NCBI GenBank assembly: GCA_964252075.1
Contig: CAXULY010000058.1
Coordinates: forward strand, 1 to 27,967
Direction: 5' to 3'
Length of the DNA stretch: 27,967 nucleotides
Origin: an uncultured Deinococcaceae bacterium
GTDB taxonomy: Bacteria; Deinococcota; Deinococci; Deinococcales; Deinococcaceae
The notes beneath the pieces are model-generated. The model saw only the letters and a program-made list of their open reading frames with translations, searched no databases and was not told the DNA's origin. Both the position numbers and the translations under genes were made by a program. Positions within the stretch are counted from its first letter, which is position 1; each line of letters starts with the position of its first letter. This document shows, one piece after another, positions 16,777-25,650 of this stretch.

Positions 16777-17321
16777 GCCATCACCGAAGCGAACAGCCGG
16801 AAGCCGAGGCGCGCGCCCGCCACCACCTCGTCATGCTGCGGCGGCGCGACCGCGGCCTCCAGCGCCGCACCGAACGCGCGCCACATCGCGCCGGTGTCCG
16901 CCCCGTACCCGTGATAGAAGCGCCCGCCGTTTTCCGGGCCGACGTGCAGGTGCCGGTGCAGGTGCCGGGAGATGATCTGCCCCCCCAGCGTTGCGCCCTC
17001 CAGCACGTACAGCGTCCCGAACGCGGCGGGCAGCGGAAATGGAGAGGGCATGATGAGCGGCGCAGGGCGCTCCAGGAAGCCCAGCTGCCTGAGGTCCGCG
17101 TGCAGGTGTGGAGCCTTACGGCGGTCGGGCAGCGCGAACGCCGCCGGAATCGGCAGGGTGGCAAGCGCATCTTCAAGGGGCTGGTAGAGGGACAGCAGCT
17201 GGCCGAGCCACCGCCCGTAAGCGGTGAGGGTCAGGTGGCCGTGCACGATCGGCACGCGCGCCTCGGTGTGGCGGTGCAGGTCGGCGGTGTCGTCGCGCAG
17301 GCGTCGCAGGAGGGAGGTCAT
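16773..17321 (-). CDS. bphO: Biliverdin-producing heme oxygenase, 182 aa
   Basis: LRDDTADLHRHTE (proximal His), GTLYVLEGATLGGQII, YGADTGAMWRAF; stop overlaps the bphP GTG start (GTGA). Confidence 0.95.
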   Translation of the reverse strand: MTSLLRRLRDDTADLHRHTEARVPIVHGHLTLTAYGRWLGQLLSLYQPLEDALATLPIPAAFALPDRRKAPHLHADLRQLGFLERPAPLIMPSPFPLPAAFGTLYVLEGATLGGQIISRHLHRHLHVGPENGGRFYHGYGADTGAMWRAFGAALEAAVAPPQHDEVVAGARLGFRLFASVMA

Positions 17322-17799
17322 GGCGGTCCCCGCACCCTAGCAAAGTGCCCGTCAACGCGCCTTCACCCAGCATTCGGTCGTCTGGGGCCACGCCGGTGTG
17401 AGGCATTGGGGCGATCCCTTCAGGTGCAAGAGACCTGTTGAGGATGTAGCGGTCAGGCGACGAGTCGGCACCCAGCGTCGAAGCTGTACCTCCCCTGCCG
17501 CCACACAATGTTCACCGGCTGCCCGGCATCGCGGTCGGCCGATTCCCTTACGGTGGTCCGAGGGACTGGCACCCGGGCATGTGATGAGCTGCCGTCGCAC
17601 TGCAAAAGACATCACTGGTGGCGGCCGATCAGACCATCCAGGCGATGATCCGCATGCGAGCCGACCCGGCCTCCGGGCGGAGCTCGTGCGGGAAGCTGAC
17701 CTCCTGACCGCGCTCCTCCTCAGACAATCAGCCCAAGTTATCGCGCATGGCGGTCCTGCGCCGTCCTCCCCAGGTCGGCATCCCTTCCTGCGCGTGGCC

Positions 17800-18060
17800 T
17801 TACGGGTGGTGGAAGTCCGTGAGGGACAGGGCTTCCCAGCCGCGCACCGCAGCGATCAGTTTGTACGCCCGCTGCACCGCCTCAGCGGACGAAGCGGCCC
17901 GCAGCGAGAGCACCACGCGGTCCTCGCCGACCTTCGTGACGCACAACGACACACACGCTTCTCCGTCGTCGGCGTCCACAGTCACCAGTTCCAGTTCGTA
18001 CCCGTGCGCGGTCAACGCCACGCACGGGTCGAATGGGGTGAGACGCGGGAAGCCGGGCAC
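17800..18060 (-). CDS. Hypothetical protein, 86 aa
   Basis: TACACT -10 exactly 6 nt before GTG 18060 (leaderless pattern); beta-beta-beta-alpha-like residue pattern; GC-rich third positions. Confidence 0.65.
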   Translation of the reverse strand: MPGFPRLTPFDPCVALTAHGYELELVTVDADDGEACVSLCVTKVGEDRVVLSLRAASSAEAVQRAYKLIAAVRGWEALSLTDFHHP

Positions 18061-18066
18061 CTGCCC

Positions 18067-18091
18067 AGTGTAGGAAGGCGCTTCTTACACT
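18067..18091. promoter_or_regulatory. Palindrome carrying back-to-back TACACT -10 boxes (possible bidirectional promoter or operator)
   Basis: AGTGTAGGAAG-gcg-CTTCTTACACT, 10/11 inverted match; TACACT on the minus strand at 18067-18072 and on the plus strand at 18086-18091. Confidence 0.55.
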
Positions 18092-18324
18092 TTCCGCACA
18101 CGCGAAAGCGCCACACGTAATTGCCTGTCGTGGCGTGTCCTCAATAGGAGGTACTTGGAGCCCCCCAACTGGGGGTTTGAGTTCTCCGTCCGTGAGGGAC
18201 GCAACCGCATCCGGTCCATCAAAGTTTTCGTGTGCATCAAGCGGGCGTTGAGGGAACAGTAGAACGCGCTGTGCACCGTTACCCATCCAGGCCGTCCACC
18301 TGCAGATCCTCCTGAGCGCGGCGC

Positions 18325-18735
18325 TCAGTTCCGGGCGCTCTCGATGCCCACGAGGAGGGGGTCGTTCCGCGCGGCGCGGAGCACGTTGATGAACGCCGCC
18401 AGGTGGTCGCGCAGCACGCCCGACACCGCCACGACGCCCACGAAGCGCTGGATCAGCAGGTCCAGCGCTGGCGCTGCGATGCGCTCCTCGGAGCCTGAAA
18501 GACCCGTGAGGGACCGCTCGAACTCCACTACCAGTTCGCCCGTCTGCACCAGGGCCAGCACGTCCTCGCGGATGGAGCGCTCGAACGCCCGCATCTCCAC
18601 GCCGAGGCTGTCGGTGCGCGCTTCGCGTTGCCGCCAGGACACGTCGTGGTCCAGCAGTTCGAGGAGTCGCGCGACGTCCAGCTGCACCAGTTTCAGGGCG
18701 CGGACCTGCGCGATCACCTCAGCCAGCTCCGGCAT
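18325..18735 (-). CDS. Hypothetical all-helical protein, 136 aa
   Basis: Amphipathic helical pattern and good codon bias; TACGGT (18741-18746) 5 nt before the ATG. Confidence 0.7.
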   Translation of the reverse strand: MPELAEVIAQVRALKLVQLDVARLLELLDHDVSWRQREARTDSLGVEMRAFERSIREDVLALVQTGELVVEFERSLTGLSGSEERIAAPALDLLIQRFVGVVAVSGVLRDHLAAFINVLRAARNDPLLVGIESARN

Positions 18736-18820
18736 GCCTTACCGTATCCCCGCCACATGAAGTCTCGCGCGGGAGCGGCGCCCGGTCCGCGCCTTGCTGG
18801 ACCTCTGCGGCGGCGGCCTT

Positions 18821-19240
18821 TCAGTTCAGGAGGCGCGCCTCGCCGGGCGCGGCCCGGAGGGCCATCAGGCGGTGCGTGCGCAGGAGGGACTCCTCGGCGA
18901 GCGCGCTCGCCTGCGCCGCCAGCTCGCGCGCCACCCGCGCCTCCTCCGCGCACCGCAGGAGCACGTCCGGCGCGAAGGCGTCCTCCACCGGGAGGTCCAC
19001 GCAGAACCCGTACAGGTCCCGCGGCCCGGTCAGCTGGAACTGGTACTGGAACAGCTCGTGGTCCAGCCCGCGCAGCGTGCGGAGGCCGCGCGCCAGGTGG
19101 TTCCGCTCCGATTCCGTGATGCCGCACGAGCACAGGTACGCGTCAAGCTGATGCAGCACCATCGCCAGCGCCTGCCGGACCCCGCCGATTGCGTCCAGCG
19201 CCTCGTCCACGCCGCTGAGCAGCTCGTCGACCATCAACAT
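18821..19240 (-). CDS. Hypothetical mostly helical protein, 139 aa
   Basis: Good codon bias; TAGGCT (19246-19251) 5 nt before the ATG; contains a CSC motif. Confidence 0.7.
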   Translation of the reverse strand: MLMVDELLSGVDEALDAIGGVRQALAMVLHQLDAYLCSCGITESERNHLARGLRTLRGLDHELFQYQFQLTGPRDLYGFCVDLPVEDAFAPDVLLRCAEEARVARELAAQASALAEESLLRTHRLMALRAAPGEARLLN

Positions 19241-19348
19241 GTCTCAGCCTACGCCTGGGGGTGATGTTCTCTTAGGGAAAAAATCCTGGGTGGCCCCTCA
19301 AGCACCGCGACCCGCGGCGCTTCAGCACCGGCGCTGCGTGCCGGGCCG

Positions 19349-19732
19349 TCAGGGCGGCCCGTCGTGGGGCGCGCCGTCGGACAGCACCTGCGCCGCGCCG
19401 TCTTGCGCGCTGGACGACAGCGCGCCGTGCAGCGCCACCTGCAGGAGCAACTCGCGCACCTCCGCCAGGAGCGCGCGCACGGCGACCACGTTGGGTTGCT
19501 GCGCCGAGCGCAGCGCCGGGTCTTGCGTGTGCAGCAGCAACGTCACGTCGCCCAGCATCACGTCGCATTTCGTGAGGGCGTGATCGGCCTGCGCCAGCAT
19601 CCGGTCGAACACGCGGCGCTCCTGGGCGCTCACGCGGCGGGGACGGCGCATCTGGTGCAGGATCACGCGGGTGTCGTCATATTCCGCGCGCGCGAGGTGA
19701 AGCTCGTGTTCGAGCGCGTCCGGGATGGCCAT
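19349..19732 (-). CDS. Hypothetical helical protein, 127 aa
   Basis: Start moved to MAIPDALE (ATG 19732) because TACGAT (19740-19745) lies 7 nt upstream; helical-bundle-like pattern. Confidence 0.7.
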   Translation of the reverse strand: MAIPDALEHELHLARAEYDDTRVILHQMRRPRRVSAQERRVFDRMLAQADHALTKCDVMLGDVTLLLHTQDPALRSAQQPNVVAVRALLAEVRELLLQVALHGALSSSAQDGAAQVLSDGAPHDGPP

Positions 19733-20025
19733 GCCGCCCATCGTATGCATGGCGCGGGGGCCGTGCCTGCACCGTTCGTTCACGCCAGCGCCACCCGACT
19801 TGCCGGACCTAGCGACCAGCTTCACCCTGGCCTGGCCGTCACCCTGGGCAGGTCCTTCCCCGCTCGGCATACGGCCTGCACCGTGAGCAATCCCGTTCCT
19901 GAGCCGGGTCGGGTGGGGAGCGGCGTTGGGCCGTTTCCGTATGGGCTCAACCTGAATCGGACCAGCTGGCCGCGCGGGGCCGTGGCGCGCGTTCCCACGT
20001 GACTCGCGTGCGTTAAGGTGCCCGT

Positions 20026-21516
20026 ATGTCCCTCGCCCTGCTGCTGTTGCTGATGATCAGCGCGCTGGCGCTCACCGGCATCGCCCACCGCAAGCGCCTG
20101 CCGCCCGCCCTGGTGATCGTCGTGCTGGCGGCCGCGGCGTCCTTCATTCCTGGCCTCCCGCGCCTGCAGCTGCCGCCGGAGTTCATCCTGACGGTGGTGG
20201 TGCCGCCCCTGCTGTACTCCGCCGCGTACAGCACCTCCGCGTGGCAGTTCCGGCGCAACGTCCAGCCGATCCTCGCGCTGGGCGTCACGCTGGTCGCCGT
20301 CACGACGGTTGTCACGGCGTACGTCATCCACTGGCTGCTCCCGGCCCTGGGTCTTGCCGTCGCGTTCGTGCTGGCGGCCGTCGTCGCGCCGCCGGACACG
20401 GCCGCCACCGTGAGTCACGGGCACGCGCTGGGCCTCACGCGCCGCGTGCAGAGCATCCTGGCGGGCGAGAGCCTCGTGAATGACGCGGCGGCCCTGACGC
20501 TCTTCGCCCTCGCCCTGAGCGCCGTCTCGCACGCGCACCTGATCAGCGGGAACCCCGCGCTGCTGTTCCTGTACCAGGCGCTGGTCGGCCTGATCATCGG
20601 GATGGTGCTCGCGGCGGTCAGCAACTTCGCCCGCCGGTACATGCAGCAGGCGAACCTGGAGTCGGCCCTCGCGTTCATTCTGCCGTTCGCCGCGTACCTC
20701 CTCGCGGAGCGCGTTCACGCGTCCGGCATTCTGGCGGTGGTGGCGGCCGCCTTTGTCGTGAACGTCAACACCTTCTACGACCCGCGCATCATTCACGCTG
20801 GCACGTACCTCACGCGCATCAAGGAGCGCGAGTTCTGGAGTGTGGTCGACACCCTGCTCGAGGCGTTCATCTTCGCGTACATGGGCCTGCAGGTCCGCTT
20901 CGTTCTGGAGGATCTGCGCGCCTCGGGGGAGCCGTTCTGGCAGACGCTGGCGGTCAGCGCGCTCGTGCTGTTGACCGTGATGGCGCTGCGGCTTGCCTGG
21001 GCGCTCGTGATGTTCGCGCCACGCTTCGCACCGCGTTTCGTGCGCCGCGTGGGTCGGCGCCGCGGCGCGGGCAGAGGGGAGCGCGAAGCGCCGCTGGACT
21101 GGCGGGAGAACGTCCTGATCGGCTGGACGGGCATGCGGGGCATCATCACGCTGGCCGCCGCAGCGGGCGTGCCGCTGACCCTGGCGGGCGGCGCGGCCTT
21201 TCCGGGCCGGGCGGTCATCCAGACGGTCGCGATCATCGTGACCATCGGGACGCTGGTCATCCAGGGGGGCACGCTGCCGTGGCTTTCCCAGCAACTCAAG
21301 CTGGACGTGTCCGGGGACGAGGCGCAGGAGCAGCAGGAGCGGACGACGGCGTACCACATTGCGAAGGCCGCGCCGCAGGAGGACTTCCCGGAGCAGCGCC
21401 TGCGCCTGGGGGCCGCGTTGATCGCCGGTGATGTGGAGGAGTCGGCCGTGCACGACGTGATGTTGAGCCTGGACTTGGAGCAGGCAGCGCGCGGCGTCGC
21501 GAGCGACGGCGCGTAG
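20026..21516 (+). CDS. CPA1 family Na+/H+ antiporter (YjcE/NhaP-like), 496 aa
   Basis: VPPLLYSAA, APPDTAA, ILAGESLVNDAAAL, AERVHASGILAVV, GWTGMRGIITLAAA, TLVIQGGTLPW; TAAGGT (20014-20019) 6 nt before the ATG. Confidence 0.93.
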   Translation: MSLALLLLLMISALALTGIAHRKRLPPALVIVVLAAAASFIPGLPRLQLPPEFILTVVVPPLLYSAAYSTSAWQFRRNVQPILALGVTLVAVTTVVTAYVIHWLLPALGLAVAFVLAAVVAPPDTAATVSHGHALGLTRRVQSILAGESLVNDAAALTLFALALSAVSHAHLISGNPALLFLYQALVGLIIGMVLAAVSNFARRYMQQANLESALAFILPFAAYLLAERVHASGILAVVAAAFVVNVNTFYDPRIIHAGTYLTRIKEREFWSVVDTLLEAFIFAYMGLQVRFVLEDLRASGEPFWQTLAVSALVLLTVMALRLAWALVMFAPRFAPRFVRRVGRRRGAGRGEREAPLDWRENVLIGWTGMRGIITLAAAAGVPLTLAGGAAFPGRAVIQTVAIIVTIGTLVIQGGTLPWLSQQLKLDVSGDEAQEQQERTTAYHIAKAAPQEDFPEQRLRLGAALIAGDVEESAVHDVMLSLDLEQAARGVASDGA

Positions 21517-22009
21517 CGGAGCGCGGCAGCGGTCAGGAATACCGCGGGCACCAGGGCGACCGGTGGGGAACGCTCCGCTCCTGTTGCGGCGTGGCGGTCG
21601 CGCGCCATGTCACGCCCTTAGAAGCGGTGGGGAGGGTGCCCCCAATGACCGGGCATTCGGCAGTCGCTCCACATGGTGCCCGTATGTGGTTAATGGAGCG
21701 AAATGAGCGCACCAACGTGGGTCTTCACGGGTGGTTCTGAGGGCGTTCGCCTCGACGATGGTGGCACCACGTTTGAAGGCACTGTTTCAGTCCGCCCTGA
21801 AAGGCACGTTCGGCATTGCTATCAGAGGGGTGAGGGGCACGACCGCTTCGGCGTGAAGCGCTCGGCCCATGATGTGGGCGGTCCTTTGGCGTGATCGTCC
21901 ATGGCCCCGGAGGGGTTGGGACCTCCGGGACAACTGCGTTCCCTCAGCGCTGAGGGGCGTCGGGTAGACCTCCCTGGTGCGCGGGCCGACCGACCGCGTA
22001 CGCTGAGTC

Positions 22010-25000
22010 ATGCACCAGTGGCCCGCTGAAGGTGGAGGGGAGGCGGGGCGGGGCGGGGCGCGCCCGTTCGAGCGCCGCACCGCGGCGTTGATCGCGTACC
22101 TGGCGGTTGAAGGGCCCACCGCCCGCTCGCGGCTGGCGGGCCTGCTGTGGGGGGACGTCCCGGAAGCAACGGCTCGCAGCAACCTCCGGCAGGCCTTGAG
22201 GCGCCTGCGGCTGGCGCCTCAGGGCCCGCGCGTGCGGGGCGATGACGCGCTGCACCTGGATGCCCCGCTCGATGAGGAGGCGGCGCTGCACCTGCTGCGC
22301 CCGCATGACTTCGACGATCTGCCTGAGTTCAGCGACTGGCTGTTGGTCGTGCAGGAGCGGCGGCGGAGCGCGCGCGTCGCGGCGGTGCGCCGCGACGCGC
22401 GCCGCCTGGAGGACGCTGGGGACCTGCGCGCCGCGCTGGACGCCACGGAGGTGTGGCTGGACCTGGAGCCGGTCGCGGAGGACGCGCATCGTCAGCTGAT
22501 GCGCCTCCACCACCTGCTCGGGGACCGCGCGGGCGCCCTGGCAGCGTACCAGCGCTGCCGTGCGGCGCTGCGGCGCGAACTGGGCCTGGACCCCACCGCG
22601 CAGACGCGCGCGCTGGCGGAGGAGGTGGCGCGCGCCGCGCCGCTGACGTCCAGCGGCTGGGTGCTGCCGCTGTCCGTGCAGCGCCCGCCAGTCCTGATCG
22701 GCCGGGCAGCACCGTGGGTGCGCATGGAGCACGCCTGGGCGGAGGGCAAAGCCGTGATCGTGAGTGGGGAGGCGGGGGTGGGCAAGTCCCGCCTGCTGCA
22801 GGACTTCCTGGCGGCGCATGGGCGCGCGCTGGTGCTGCAGGGTCGGCCCGGCGATCACCTGGTGCCGTACAGCACGCTCACGCGGGGTGTCGCCGCCCTG
22901 CTGCGGCTCTTTCCGGACCTGCCGCTGCCCGCGTGGGTGCGCCAGGAACTCGCGCGCCTCCTGCCGGACCTCGGCCCGCCCCCGGCGCCCCTGGGCAGCG
23001 ACGCGGACAAGCTGCGCTTCTATCAGGCGCATGCCGCCGCGCTGCGCTTGGCTGGGGAGGCCGGACTGACGGCGGTCGCCTGCGACGACCTGCACTGGGT
23101 GGACGCGGCCAGCGCCGAAGCGGCCCTGCACGCCCTCACGGACGTGGGGGGCGAGGGGGGGCCGCTGCGTGCGCTGTACGCCCACCGGCCGGGAGCGCTC
23201 GCGCCGGGGCTGGCCGCGCATCTGGATCAGCTCGTCTCGGCGGGCTTGGCGGTGCGCGTGGACCTCACACCCCTGCCGCCGGACGACGCCATGGCGCTGC
23301 TGGACAGCCTGCACCTGCCAGAGCTGCAGGCGCACGGGCGGGGCATGGTGCTCGCGGCGGGCGGGAACCCGCTGGCACTCCTGGAGACCGCGCGGCACCT
23401 GCTCGGTCCGGGCGGCGCCGGGGACGTCCCGGAGCGCCTGGGCGCGCTGATGGCCGCGCGGCTGTCCACCCTGTCGCCCGCCGCGCTGAACCTCGCGCGG
23501 GCCGCAGCGATTCTGGAGGGGGACCTGACGGCCGAGACCGCCAGCGTGCTGCTGGGCGTGGACGCCCTGAACCTGACGTCCGCGTGGGGTGAACTGCAGG
23601 GCGCGCAGGTGCTGCGGAGTGCGGCCTTCACGCACGACCTCTTGGGCGACGCGGTGCGCGCGTCCCTGCCGGACGCGCTGCGGGCGCTCCTGCACCGCCG
23701 CGCCGCAGACGTCCTGGAGCGCCTCGGGGGCGCGCCGGCGCGTGTCGCGGCGCACTGGGATGCGGGCGGCGAGCCCGAGCGGGCAGCAGTTGGGTGGCGG
23801 CGGGCGGGTGAAGAGGCCGAGCAGCAGTACCGCTACGTGGAGGCCGCCGAGCGGTTCGAGCGCGCCTGGCGCCAGGCAGGCGCGGAGGCGGCCTTCACGG
23901 CGGGCGTGCAGCTGGCGCGCGTGCTGCGGCTCAGCGGCGCCGACGCGCGCCTCGCGGACGTGGTGACGGAGTTGCGCGCGGCCGCACGCACCCCCGCGCA
24001 GCACGCGGCCGCGGCGGAGGTGCATTGCCAGGTGGTGGCCGTCACGGGGGACGGTGCGGCGCTGGAGGCCGCCGCGCGGCGCGGCCTCGAATGGGCGCGT
24101 GAGGCGCCCGGCTGCCCGGAGGTCGCGGATCTGCTGTCGTACCTGGGCACCAGCCTGTTCTTCCAGCACCGCCTTGAGGAGGCCCTGACGGCCTTCCGTG
24201 AGGCGGGGCGCGTGGCTGAAGCGACCGACCGTCTGGACGAGCAGTGCATCGCGCTCGGCAATGAGGCCGCAGTGCTGGGTTACCTGGGGCGCCGGATGGA
24301 AGCGCGCGCGCCCCTGCAGCGCGCGCAGAAGCTCCTCGCGGACGCGGGGCGGCGGGAGCAGCAGGCCGACGTGCTGCTCAACCTAGGGAACCTCGACGTG
24401 TTCTGCGGTCACGTCGTGCAGGCCGAACGCCGCTTCGCTCAGGCGCAGGTCCTCCTCGACGACATGCACCTGGACGGCGCGACCCCACCGGCGTTGATCT
24501 GCCTGCTGAACCGCGCGGGCTGCGCGCGCCTGCTGGAGCACCACGGCGACGCCCTGCGCCTGCTTGAGCAGGCGCTCTCGGCAAAGTCCGGCGCGGCCTA
24601 CCTGCGGCCCGTCCTGCTGCTGGAGCGGGCCCGCACCCTCGTCCTGCTCGGCGCGGACGCCCAGGCGCGGGCGTGCCTCGCGCCCCTGACGGACGGAGCG
24701 CCGCCCGAAGTGAACCGCGCGGCGCTGGCGCTGCTGCAGGGTCTGCTCGCGGTCCGCCGCGGACGCCGGGCGGACGTCACCTTCGACGACCTCAGCCGGA
24801 GCCTGCGGGACCAGGGGGCGCCGCTGGACGACCTCGTGTCCGCCGCGCTGGCGTTCGCGCCGCTGCTGCCACCCGCCCGCGCGCTGGAGGCGCTGCGCGG
24901 CCTGCCCGAGGCGGCCGAACATCAGGAGTTGTTCGGCCTGCGCCTCGCGCTGCTGGTCCGCCAGGCGCAGGCGCAGCTGGCGCTCGGTGAGCTGACCGCC

Positions 25001-25519
25001 GCGGAGGCCGCCATGGCGGAGGTGCGGCGAGCCGCGCCGGACATCACGCCCGCCTGCCCGCGCGCCGAGGTGCTGTTTACCCACGCCCGCATTTTGGCGC
25101 CCCAGCGAGACCCGGGCGCCGCGACAGCCCTCCAGGAAGCGCGCGAGGCGCTCCTCACGGTCGCGGACCAACACGTGCCCGCCGAACACCGCACGTCGTT
25201 CCTGGCGCTCCCGCTGAACGCCGCGCTGCTGGGGGAAGGGGACGCCACGCGCGCGCGCTGGCGACCGCTGAGCGACGCCGAATGGGACGCCGTGGCGCCC
25301 CTCCTGGACGAAGCGGAGGGCCGCACCGGGCGGCCAAGGCGGGACACCCGCGCCGTGCTGGACGGCGTGCGGTGGGCGCTCGCGACGGGCGCGCCATGGA
25401 GCCGCCCCTTCCCCGCGCCGCTCCCCTCGGCGGCCACCTGCTACCGCCGGTACCGCGAATGGGAAGCCCGGGGCGCGCTGCAGGCCGTCCAGCAGCGCCT
25501 GAACATCCTGACGCCCTGA
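22010..25519 (+). CDS. Large ATP-binding transcriptional regulator: wHTH/BTAD, AAA ATPase, TPR-like repeats and a C-terminal IS5-type transposase N-terminal (DUF4096-like) domain, 1169 aa
   Basis: ALIAYLAVEG..RSRLAGLLW...ARSNLRQALRRLR (wHTH); EDAHRQLMRLHHLLGDRAGALAAYQRC...ELGLDP (BTAD); Walker A GEAGVGKS; Walker B VACDDLHWVD; GGNPL; FTHDLL; helical repeats. C-terminal LSDAEWDAVAPLL...GRPRRDTRAVLDGVRWALATGAPW...TCYRRYREW. TACGCT lies 5 nt before the ATG. Confidence 0.9.
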   Translation: MHQWPAEGGGEAGRGGARPFERRTAALIAYLAVEGPTARSRLAGLLWGDVPEATARSNLRQALRRLRLAPQGPRVRGDDALHLDAPLDEEAALHLLRPHDFDDLPEFSDWLLVVQERRRSARVAAVRRDARRLEDAGDLRAALDATEVWLDLEPVAEDAHRQLMRLHHLLGDRAGALAAYQRCRAALRRELGLDPTAQTRALAEEVARAAPLTSSGWVLPLSVQRPPVLIGRAAPWVRMEHAWAEGKAVIVSGEAGVGKSRLLQDFLAAHGRALVLQGRPGDHLVPYSTLTRGVAALLRLFPDLPLPAWVRQELARLLPDLGPPPAPLGSDADKLRFYQAHAAALRLAGEAGLTAVACDDLHWVDAASAEAALHALTDVGGEGGPLRALYAHRPGALAPGLAAHLDQLVSAGLAVRVDLTPLPPDDAMALLDSLHLPELQAHGRGMVLAAGGNPLALLETARHLLGPGGAGDVPERLGALMAARLSTLSPAALNLARAAAILEGDLTAETASVLLGVDALNLTSAWGELQGAQVLRSAAFTHDLLGDAVRASLPDALRALLHRRAADVLERLGGAPARVAAHWDAGGEPERAAVGWRRAGEEAEQQYRYVEAAERFERAWRQAGAEAAFTAGVQLARVLRLSGADARLADVVTELRAAARTPAQHAAAAEVHCQVVAVTGDGAALEAAARRGLEWAREAPGCPEVADLLSYLGTSLFFQHRLEEALTAFREAGRVAEATDRLDEQCIALGNEAAVLGYLGRRMEARAPLQRAQKLLADAGRREQQADVLLNLGNLDVFCGHVVQAERRFAQAQVLLDDMHLDGATPPALICLLNRAGCARLLEHHGDALRLLEQALSAKSGAAYLRPVLLLERARTLVLLGADAQARACLAPLTDGAPPEVNRAALALLQGLLAVRRGRRADVTFDDLSRSLRDQGAPLDDLVSAALAFAPLLPPARALEALRGLPEAAEHQELFGLRLALLVRQAQAQLALGELTAAEAAMAEVRRAAPDITPACPRAEVLFTHARILAPQRDPGAATALQEAREALLTVADQHVPAEHRTSFLALPLNAALLGEGDATRARWRPLSDAEWDAVAPLLDEAEGRTGRPRRDTRAVLDGVRWALATGAPWSRPFPAPLPSAATCYRRYREWEARGALQAVQQRLNILTP

Positions 25520-25650
25520 AGTGAAGGCGCCATTCTGGCCTGCGCGGCCGCCCAGGTCAGTTCCAGAGGCTGGGCGCATTGGAGTGCACTCTGGGACAGG
25601 CCACGCCATCCGCGCAAAACCAGTGGGAAGGGATGGCCGCGCGAGGACCC

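Noticed and set aside
14428..16914. 828-aa plus-strand ORF
   Set aside because: Antisense shadow of bphP; no motifs.
18170..18250. GGGACGCAA resembling part of a c-di-GMP-I (GEMM) riboswitch
   Set aside because: The upstream GGCAAACC...GAAA stem and the AAAGC continuation are absent.
19870..20025. Possible Na+/Li+ or c-di-AMP riboswitch ahead of the CPA1 antiporter
   Set aside because: No consensus match, and the gene appears leaderless (TAAGGT 6 nt before the ATG), leaving no 5' UTR.
21703..21894. 63-aa ORF with a weak GGAG upstream
   Set aside because: Poor codon bias and no recognisable pattern; cannot be supported.
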